Positions 56,879-64,000 of a stretch of DNA of 64,000 bases are shown here, one piece after another. The first letter of the stretch is position 1. Each line of letters begins with the position of its first letter. The position numbers were made by a program, and so were the translations under genes. Source of the DNA: an uncultured cyanobacterium (GTDB lineage Bacteria; Cyanobacteriota; Cyanobacteriia; PCC-9006; JAAUQQ01). The DNA lies in assembly GCA_963718615.1 (NCBI GenBank), contig OY970368.1, positions 2,304,001 through 2,368,000 on the forward strand. The letters are read 5' to 3'. The notes under the pieces were generated by a model. The model was not told the DNA's origin. It was given only the letters and a program-made list of their open reading frames with translations, and did no database searches.

Positions 56879-57968
56879 ATCGGGGAATGATCACACTCAC
56901 GCAAGTGCCTTGACCTACCCGACTGGTCACTTCGATCTCGCCTCTTAGGAGTTCTAGGGCACGTTTGACAATTGTTAATCCTAAACCAGTTCCCGCGATC
57001 GCCTTCGCATTTCCCGCTCGCACAAAGGGCGAAAACAGGACAGCCTGGGTCTCTTCGGGAATACCAATCCCGTGATCTTCGATGATGATCGAGAGTTGCT
57101 CTCCTACTTCTGTCAGTCTCACGCCAACAAAACCATCCGGATCCGAATATTTAGTTGCATTGGAGAGCAGATTGTTGAGCACATGCCACAGTAAGGTTTT
57201 ATCTAAAAAAACCAGAGGATTTGATAGCTGAGTCATCAATTGAATACGACATCGATTGGAATTCGTCACGGTCCAGAGCTCGACCAATTCTTGGCAAAAC
57301 TCTAGAATATTTAATGATTCGGGTCTAGTGTCAACGCGATTCTGCTTGACTTTCTCTAAAAATAGGACATCTTCAACCAAGCTAGATAGCAATTGGGTGG
57401 CGGATTGAATTTGCTTCAAATGCTTAGTTATTTTTTCGTCGGAGAGGCGATCGCGAAACCGCTCCAAAATATCCACCGAAATTTGAATCGCCCCCAAAGG
57501 ATTACGCAACTCATGGCTCATCATCGCAATTTGTTCGGAGTGGGATTGCAGTTCAAGTTCTGCCAGAGACTGAGCCTGTCTGGCATTGACTTCAGCCTGA
57601 TGGCGACTGAGGGCAATGTCGATCGCCGTTGACAAAATTTGTCCATTAAAGGGCTTAAGAATATAGCCAAAGGGTTCGCTACGCTTGACCCGTTCCAGGG
57701 TTTTTCGATCGGCATTGGCCGTCAAATAGACCACTGGAATATCAAACTGGGCTTGAATCTGTTCTGAGGCTGCAATGCCGTCGGTTTCGCCTGCCAATTG
57801 AATATCCATCAGCACCAAATCCGGCTGAAGAGCCTGAATCTGCTCCATCACCTCTTCTGCGGTCGCAAAAATTCCTGGAACCTGATAGCCCAAAACCTCA
57901 AGAGATTCCTTGATGTCATAGGCAATCAACCATTCGTCTTCGACCACGAGGATTTTTTCAGCCATCAT
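56868..57968 (-). CDS. Hybrid response regulator-histidine kinase (REC-HisKA-HATPase)
   Basis: ILVVEDE, DLVLMDI, SHELRNPL, NLLSNA.KYS and GTGLGL motifs. Confidence 0.93.
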   Translation of the reverse strand: MMAEKILVVEDEWLIAYDIKESLEVLGYQVPGIFATAEEVMEQIQALQPDLVLMDIQLAGETDGIAASEQIQAQFDIPVVYLTANADRKTLERVKRSEPFGYILKPFNGQILSTAIDIALSRHQAEVNARQAQSLAELELQSHSEQIAMMSHELRNPLGAIQISVDILERFRDRLSDEKITKHLKQIQSATQLLSSLVEDVLFLEKVKQNRVDTRPESLNILEFCQELVELWTVTNSNRCRIQLMTQLSNPLVFLDKTLLWHVLNNLLSNATKYSDPDGFVGVRLTEVGEQLSIIIEDHGIGIPEETQAVLFSPFVRAGNAKAIAGTGLGLTIVKRALELLRGEIEVTSRVGQGTCVSVIIPRSMT

Positions 57969-58087
57969 GCATTACATCGAAGCTGGGTAACGGGAAACAG
58001 CTTGGGCGGTCCTGCGTCATTTTGGACTAGTTTTTCAAGGGTGATTATTTCAATGATTATCATAAGTATAATTAATTTATCGTATTT

Positions 58088-59359
58088 TTATTCCTTTGGA
58101 ACAAAAACAGTCAACCCTTGGGGTACACATTCGATTTCAACGGGTGTCATGCCTACGATCTCCCCATCCAAGACAATTTTCTGAGGAGGGTTGGTCGAAA
58201 TCTTAAGTTGATGGGTTCGCATGTGGTGAACTTGGGGATGACCGGGTTGGGTTTTCAGCAGTGCAGCCCCCAGCGCGCTCATCATCGAAGTTACGGCTTG
58301 GAGTTTGGTCTCGGCAGTGGCGATCGTCACATCCAATAACCCATCATCAAAGGGCACATCCCCCATGCCCTGGGCTAAAAACGAGGTGGGAGGAGCCGCG
58401 TTGGCCACGGTAATGGCCGCTGCCTCAAAGGGATAAATTTGCTCGTTAATCTCAATGTTGGCTTCAAACAGCTCCTGTTCATTCAGTTGCTGCCAGCCTG
58501 CCATCAAATAAGCCAATGCGCCCCATTGATTTTTTAGCTCCCGGTCCGCTCGCTCCACGGTCTCGGCTTCAAAGCCAATTCCCGCCAGTAGGATCATCGG
58601 CATGCCATTGCAATAGGCTGCATCGACCACGCGGGTATGCCCCTCGGCAATGATGCGGCAGGCGGTGCGGATTTGCATGATGGCGCTCGTAATCCCTAAG
58701 GCTGCGCAAAACGCATTCGCCGTACCCCGAGGAATCACGCCCAGCGGCACGTTGCTCTTAATCAACTGTCCGGCCACCGCTGAGACCGTTCCATCGCCAC
58801 CAGAGGCAATCACCAGATCAGCCTGAGCGAGCAGCGCTTTCTGAGTCAGAATCTCAGCATCGACTTCGACAGTTGTACTATGAACTTGCAGGTCAAAATA
58901 AGGGTCCAGTAAATTTTGGATCAAGACCAGTTCTTCATCCGCATTGCCTTGCCCCGCGACGGGATTAAAGATGAGGTGGGCGACGCGGCTGCGGGCGAGT
59001 CCTTCGATCAAAAACCGACTGGTTGCCCCATGGGTGGCAAAGGCAACTTCATAGCGCTGGCAAATTTGCAAGAGCGCTTGGATCCCTGGCAATTCAGAGT
59101 CTAAAGCAAACGGATCTACCCAGCAAAATACAGCACAAACCTTGCCCTCAACGACCTCACTGGCCACCTGCACCACGCCGCCCAAAGCGCCCGAAGCATA
59201 ACAATGGAAGGTCAGATCCGTAGACTCTTGCAACCGTTGGCCGGTGTTCCCTGTGGCGATGAGCCGATAGCGGGATAACACGATCCCATGGGTTCTGACA
59301 AATTCAATTAGGTTATTTTTCTGGGAATCATGGGCGATAAAGGCGATCGTTGCGGACAT
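58088..59359 (-). CDS. MgsA-like domain fused to YegS/DAGK family lipid kinase
   Basis: IAFIAHD..K and ATG.TG in the N-terminal domain; FNPVAG, GGDGT, GTANA and LDGE in the kinase domain. Confidence 0.9.
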   Translation of the reverse strand: MSATIAFIAHDSQKNNLIEFVRTHGIVLSRYRLIATGNTGQRLQESTDLTFHCYASGALGGVVQVASEVVEGKVCAVFCWVDPFALDSELPGIQALLQICQRYEVAFATHGATSRFLIEGLARSRVAHLIFNPVAGQGNADEELVLIQNLLDPYFDLQVHSTTVEVDAEILTQKALLAQADLVIASGGDGTVSAVAGQLIKSNVPLGVIPRGTANAFCAALGITSAIMQIRTACRIIAEGHTRVVDAAYCNGMPMILLAGIGFEAETVERADRELKNQWGALAYLMAGWQQLNEQELFEANIEINEQIYPFEAAAITVANAAPPTSFLAQGMGDVPFDDGLLDVTIATAETKLQAVTSMMSALGAALLKTQPGHPQVHHMRTHQLKISTNPPQKIVLDGEIVGMTPVEIECVPQGLTVFVPKE

Positions 59360-59362
59360 AGA

Positions 59363-59410
59363 GGGAGATTGTGGGGGGTGGGAGATTGTGGGGGGTAGGA
59401 GATTGTGGGG
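59363..59410 (+). repeat. 17-nt G-rich tandem repeat (GGGAGATTGTGGGGGGT x~3), G-quadruplex consensus
   Basis: Seen directly; four G3+ runs with loops of 7, 1 and 7 nt. Confidence 0.8.
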
Positions 59411-59528
59411 ATAGATTTTGGAAGCCTAGGGTGTATTGTCAAGTCGTTACACTAAAGAATCGATCTATCCTGCGGCATATCATTATTGCGTGCAATCTTC
59501 TCCCGCTTCTTCCGTCCCTCCGTCTGCT

Positions 59529-60842
59529 ATGACCACTCATCAGGTTTTGCCGGGTTTGTCGCTTACGCCGGAACAGGCTGAAGCCCTGGAAGCCCTGTTG
59601 GGGTTTGTGAATAGTGGCGATCGCCTCTATCTTCTCACAGGCTACGCGGGCACCGGCAAAACCACATTGCTGCAAGCCTTGCTCACCTGTTTGCGGCAGA
59701 TCAAAGACGATCGCCCCATTGTTTTTACGGCCCTCAGTAATAAGGCCACCAAGGTCCTGTCATCCATGGCCCAGCGCTGGAAGCTGAAGGTGGACTGCAT
59801 GACCTGCTGTAAGTTGCTGGGGCTGAAACCCACCATCGATAAGGATACTGGCACCCAAACCTTTACGCCCGATCGCAACCGCGAGAGTCTCATCACCCGC
59901 TATGCCTTGGTGGTGGTCGATGAATGTTCGATGATCAACCAGGAGATGTGGGAGCTCTTGGTCAAGGCGATTTCCCGACTCGATAGCACGACGCAAATTC
60001 TGTTTGTGGGGGATTCAGCCCAACTGCCGCCGGTGAATGAAACCGAGTCCCTATGTTTTCAGCAGATTTATGACCGCACGGACCTAACGACGGTCATCCG
60101 CTATGGAGGGGCCATTGGTCTGTTGGCCGATGATGTGCGCCGTAATCTAGAACGACAGCGGCTGCCCCGATGGGAGAGCGATCGCAATGCGCAAAAAACT
60201 GAAGGGGTATTCGTGCTACCGCCCCATCAGTGGGAAAAGCTGCTTCTCCGGGCCTTTCGCAGCGAAGCCGCCCAAAACAATTCCGACCAAGTGCGAGTGT
60301 TGGCCTACACCAATCGGCGGGTGCGTCAGCTCAATCGACGCATTCGGGCGGAGATCTATGGCGAAAATATCGAACGGTTTGTCCCCGGCGAGCGACTCCT
60401 CGCCAATACCCCCTGTCTAGACGAGGACAGCATTATTTTGCAAACCTCGGAAGAGTGCGAAGTGCTAGAGGTGTATCGGGCTAAGGTTCAGGATTCAGTG
60501 CTGCAAGAGCGCTGGCAGGTTTGGTCTTTGGAGGTGCGGACTGAAGAGGGGCAGTCGCGACGGCTGCGGGTCCTGCATGAAAATGAAGGCGATCGCCTCG
60601 CCCTCATCCTCAAGGGCCACGCCCAATCCAAATCCTGGAAAAGCTTCTGGGAGCTAAAGCAATTTTTCCACGATGTCAACTATGCCTACAGTCTGACGGT
60701 CCACAAAAGTCAAGGCTCGACCTTTCAGGATGTCTTTGTGGATTTACCCAACCTCATGACCAATCCCAAGGTGACTGAGCGCAACCAGCTCTGCTATGTG
60801 GCTTTTACCAGGGCGGCTCGACGGTTATTTTTATATCAATGA
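59529..60842 (+). CDS. RecD/Dda-like SF1B helicase
   Basis: TGYAGTGKT, VDECSM, GDSAQLPPV, AYTN, TVHKSQGSTF and YVAFTRA motifs. Start uncertain. Confidence 0.9.
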   Translation: MTTHQVLPGLSLTPEQAEALEALLGFVNSGDRLYLLTGYAGTGKTTLLQALLTCLRQIKDDRPIVFTALSNKATKVLSSMAQRWKLKVDCMTCCKLLGLKPTIDKDTGTQTFTPDRNRESLITRYALVVVDECSMINQEMWELLVKAISRLDSTTQILFVGDSAQLPPVNETESLCFQQIYDRTDLTTVIRYGGAIGLLADDVRRNLERQRLPRWESDRNAQKTEGVFVLPPHQWEKLLLRAFRSEAAQNNSDQVRVLAYTNRRVRQLNRRIRAEIYGENIERFVPGERLLANTPCLDEDSIILQTSEECEVLEVYRAKVQDSVLQERWQVWSLEVRTEEGQSRRLRVLHENEGDRLALILKGHAQSKSWKSFWELKQFFHDVNYAYSLTVHKSQGSTFQDVFVDLPNLMTNPKVTERNQLCYVAFTRAARRLFLYQ

Positions 60843-60914
60843 GTCTTTAAGACCATTGTTTAAAGATATGAACAAGATTGGATAAAGATTACCGGAACCC
60901 CTTACCCTCCAGGA

Positions 60915-60949
60915 CGTCGTATAAATTGTAACGAGATACAATTTCGACG
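60915..60949. promoter_or_regulatory. Palindromic operator-like site AAATTGTA-N6-TACAATTT flanked by CGTCG/CGACG
   Basis: Perfect 8-bp arms at 60923-60930 and 60937-60944. Confidence 0.45.
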
Positions 60950-61121
60950 AAACTTCGGAAATTCGTGAAATCCAGCTTGATGATCTCCGTATCTGCTTTT
61001 ATCTGCTTTACAAAACTTTATCCACAAGCTCTCTCCGCTGATAGAGTTTGATGGGCTGTAAAAGTTCGCACAATATATTCATTCCTTTCTCGCTTTTTAA
61101 ATACCATCGACATTGACGATC

Positions 61122-61304
61122 ATGTCTAAATCACAGGATCATTGGGACGACTGTTACGCCCTCGCCCAGTGGCTGAAGCAAAAATCCTTGCAGGATGCAA
61201 TTCCACCCCTAGAAAGCCCAGAGGACAGAGCTGTGCGGGTCACGCAGGAAGCGATCGCCGATCTTCAGCGCCGAGCTGACAGCCTGCGTCAACGCTACCA
61301 GTAG
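61122..61304 (+). CDS. Small hypothetical protein (60 aa)
   Basis: ATG ORF with a helical/coiled-coil C-terminus, preceded by an AT-rich promoter-like region. Confidence 0.55.
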   Translation: MSKSQDHWDDCYALAQWLKQKSLQDAIPPLESPEDRAVRVTQEAIADLQRRADSLRQRYQ

Positions 61305-61422
61305 TCCCGTAGATGAGGCCGAGGACATGACGAGGTTTTCCCATCAGCGATAAAATAAGCAGACTGAACCCCTAGATTACCTCTAGATTGCCGACTGCCC
61401 TTCTGCTGGATTGACTGAACCT

Positions 61423-61851
61423 ATGCCGCCTTTGCCCCACCGCCCCCATAAACTTTCCCTGGGCGCATTAGAGACTGAAATCCTAGAGATTATCTGGGCG
61501 CAGGAAACTGCGACGGCCAAGGATATCCATGACACCATCCTGGCCAATCCTGATCGAGAATTGACCTATGCATCCGTCAGCACAGTGCTCAAGCGGCTCG
61601 TGCAAAAAGGCTGGCTGGAACGCTGCAAGCAGGGTAAAGCCTTTGTCTGGAAACCTCGGGTTTCTCGACGGGAAGCCCAAATTCTCCAGGCCCATCATCA
61701 GCTTCATAAACTCCTGGATGTGGGCAATCCAGATATTGTGGCTGCCTTTGCTGACGAACTCGATAGTGCCAGTGCGGCCAAGTTTGAGGCGATCGCCCAG
61801 CGCATTAAAACCGCCCGCCAAGCTCGCCAAGCCAGAACCAAGGAGGACTGA
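61423..61851 (+). CDS. petR: BlaI/CopY family regulator PetR (copper switch)
   Basis: LSLG.LE.EIL.IIW...DPDREL-like Y.SV.TVL.RL..KGW and NPD.VA.FA closely resemble Synechocystis PetR as recalled; coupled to an M56 protease. Confidence 0.8.
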   Translation: MPPLPHRPHKLSLGALETEILEIIWAQETATAKDIHDTILANPDRELTYASVSTVLKRLVQKGWLERCKQGKAFVWKPRVSRREAQILQAHHQLHKLLDVGNPDIVAAFADELDSASAAKFEAIAQRIKTARQARQARTKED

Positions 61852-62738
61852 TGCATAGCCTGTTGCTCAGCTTAGGAATCCTGGTGGCCCTTCTCCTTCG
61901 TCAATGGGCCAAACATAAGGCTGTCCATCGAGGCAACCAGTCTTGGCCGCAGCGATGGCAGGGCACCCTTGGCCTATTTCTGATTCCGCCTTTGTTTTTG
62001 GGTATGGCGGCCATTGCAGTGCTTGCCATGGGGCTCCGGGGGTCCATGTTAGGGGTTTCCGTTGGCTGGCCTGGATACTGGGCTGCGTTAGGGATTTGCG
62101 GTCTAGGCTGGGTTTCGCTGTTGTCTGAAGGGTTTTGTTGTTGGCGATCGCACCAGCGAATCCGCCAATTGCCTAAGATTCAGGTGCAAGGCGTCGAAGC
62201 TTACGCTCTGGCAACCCCCCTTCCCTTTGCCGGTCGTGTGGGCCTGTGGAATGCAGACCTCGTGGTCAGTCAAGGACTCCTTGATTTGCTGCAACCCGAA
62301 GAATTAGAATGCGTTCTGCTCCACGAACAGGCCCATCGCCATTTTCAAGACACCTTTTGGTTTTTTGGTCTGGGCTGGATTCGTCGCTGGAGCACCTGGT
62401 TGCCCCAGACCGAAGCCCTCTGGCAAGAGCTACTGCTGTTGCGGGAGCTCCGGGCCGATCACTGGGCAGCACAGTTCACCGACCCCCTTTGCTTAGCGGA
62501 AACGCTCCTCAAGGTTGCCAGGGGTGCAGCAACAGCGGGTCAAGCTACTGAACCCATGCCCTGGGCCATGGCCCCTTTTGCCGACGAAACCCTGCGATTG
62601 GAAGAGCGGATCGAACAACTGATTGAGCCAGAGCCAGGCCCCCAAGCAACGGGATGGGGCGATCGCCTGACGCTAGGGCTTGCCTATACCTGTGTCCTGC
62701 TGCCGCTGCTGAGTGCCTTGTCCCACTCCCCTATGTAA
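61851..62738 (+). CDS. petP: M56/BlaR1-like membrane metalloprotease PetP
   Basis: TM segments, HEQAH (HExxH), RELRAD and LAETLLKV motifs; start overlaps the petR stop. Confidence 0.8.
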   Translation: MHSLLLSLGILVALLLRQWAKHKAVHRGNQSWPQRWQGTLGLFLIPPLFLGMAAIAVLAMGLRGSMLGVSVGWPGYWAALGICGLGWVSLLSEGFCCWRSHQRIRQLPKIQVQGVEAYALATPLPFAGRVGLWNADLVVSQGLLDLLQPEELECVLLHEQAHRHFQDTFWFFGLGWIRRWSTWLPQTEALWQELLLLRELRADHWAAQFTDPLCLAETLLKVARGAATAGQATEPMPWAMAPFADETLRLEERIEQLIEPEPGPQATGWGDRLTLGLAYTCVLLPLLSALSHSPM

Positions 62739-62857
62739 AATCGCCTATGTAAAATTCATGACGGTTGGGGCGATCGCCCTTTTTCTTTGCCCCCCCAACC
62801 TTTTGTTTCTCAGGCTCAAGGCCCAAAAACGGTCTCAATACGGATTCACAAAAAGAA

Positions 62858-63238
62858 TCATGGATAAGAGATTCCCGAGGAAAATACGGAAAACAAGAAC
62901 CGTGCTGGAACAATAAGAAAGAGTAGTTCAGCTAGAAGCACAAACGAACCTAAAATCGGAATAAATAGGCTTTCAAGACTATAAATAGATTCCGTCAGCA
63001 ACAAAATGGCAAAGGAAACTGATAGATAGGTCAATGTAAAACTAGTTGCCGCAATCCAGCCTCCGGCGATCGCAGTTGCGGTCATCACTAAGGCCGAAGC
63101 GCTGATCAAAAACCAGCTCATGGGTCCATAAAAACGGTCTGAGCCTCGAATCAAGATCGTTTCGATCACCGTGATGCTCAGCACAACGCAGATTAGTGCC
63201 ACCATACTTCCAACACCCAAACCAATTAGAAGGCCCAT
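62858..63238 (-). CDS. Hypothetical membrane protein
   Basis: 126-aa strongly hydrophobic ORF. Confidence 0.5.
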   Translation of the reverse strand: MGLLIGLGVGSMVALICVVLSITVIETILIRGSDRFYGPMSWFLISASALVMTATAIAGGWIAATSFTLTYLSVSFAILLLTESIYSLESLFIPILGSFVLLAELLFLIVPARFLFSVFSSGISYP

Positions 63239-63481
63239 GGAATTACGGATGGAATGCTTTCCCCTAATTCTACAATTATTGGAAAAGCGACCCTTCGTGA
63301 GCCGTAGGTGAAATTGTAGCGTGTTTACCGATCCGCCGAAATGCTGATTCGGTCTAGTTTTCTAAGGATTCTATGAATTTGTGCGGAGAAGCTTTTTTTC
63401 TCTTTTACGAGCAGTATGCGGATAAGGATGGGTTCACTCCGTAAGGCGCGAAAAAAACTTCATCCTATAGCAAAGTTGGAA

Positions 63482-64000
63482 TTAGCCCTTAGACTGCTCC
63501 ACAAGCTTCGTACCCTGAAGATTTGCACCTCGCCAGTTCGCTTGGTCGAGCTTGGCATAGTCTAGGTTGGTATCCTGCAGATTACTGTTGTGAAAGTCGG
63601 CGCGGCAAAGATTGGCCCATCGCAAGTCTGCATCGCTCAAATCTGAATCGAGGAAATTGGCTTCTAGGGCATAGGCCTGAGTTAACCGAGCGCCTGATAG
63701 ATTCGCTTCTGCAAAATTGGTGCGATAGAGAATTGCGCCAACCATTTCTGCCTGGTGCAAATTGGCCCGATGCAAATTGCCCTGGGCAAGGCTGACACCA
63801 TTCAAAAAAGCCCCCCGCAGGTCCGCGTTTTGCAAAATTGCTGCGGTCAAATCCGCATTGCGCAAATTTGCTCCTCGTAAATCCGCTCCCGTTAGGTCAG
63901 CACCATTTAGATCTGCCCCCTCCAAGTCTACATTGCGCAAGTCCCGGCCTCGTAGATCATAATGGGCAAGATGCAGCCGATTAGCAGCGGGTGCAGGCCA
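63482..64000 (-). CDS. Pentapeptide repeat protein (start outside window)
   Basis: A(D/N)LxG repeats; frame open to the window end. Confidence 0.9.
   Translation of the reverse strand, partial: WPAPAANRLHLAHYDLRGRDLRNVDLEGADLNGADLTGADLRGANLRNADLTAAILQNADLRGAFLNGVSLAQGNLHRANLHQAEMVGAILYRTNFAEANLSGARLTQAYALEANFLDSDLSDADLRWANLCRADFHNSNLQDTNLDYAKLDQANWRGANLQGTKLVEQSKG

Noticed and set aside
60927-60940. NtcA box
   Set aside because: Spacing is GTA-N6-TAC rather than N8.

Overview
Cyanobacterial chromosomal window, judged from very dense HIP1 GCGATCGC octamers and cyanobacterial gene content (petR/petP, ABA4-like, HHL1-like, DUF928, pentapeptide protein). The left end is the tail of a CRISPR-Cas locus. 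It holds a DUF5615 PIN-like gene coupled to type I-C-like cas4-cas1-cas2, all three apparently inactivated by two clean internal deletions. A leader and an intact 22-repeat/21-spacer array follow; the 37-bp repeat stem is built from HIP1 motifs and the array ends 8 bp from the convergent sbcC stop. The rest is mostly housekeeping and accessory genes (gdhA, aguB, S9 peptidase, fabG, cdsA, cbiT, ABC1 kinase, TrmJ-like methyltransferase, PBP-A-like hydrolase, YeeE pair), a ~15 kb Wzx/Wzy exopolysaccharide cluster with a bacillosamine-type pathway and a GT4-phosphoglycosyltransferase fusion, two histidine kinases, a RecD/Dda-like helicase and petRP. Elements not shown by the ORF track: a promoter-structured RNA-terminator unit in front of an orphan RHH gene, a frameshifted GIY-YIG nuclease, a 31-aa membrane micro-protein, pseudo-enzyme PfkA and MgsA domains, a G-quadruplex-type repeat upstream of the helicase, and a window-wide pattern of decayed ~12-nt tandem micro-duplications. 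All calls come from reading motifs by eye; no database searches were run.
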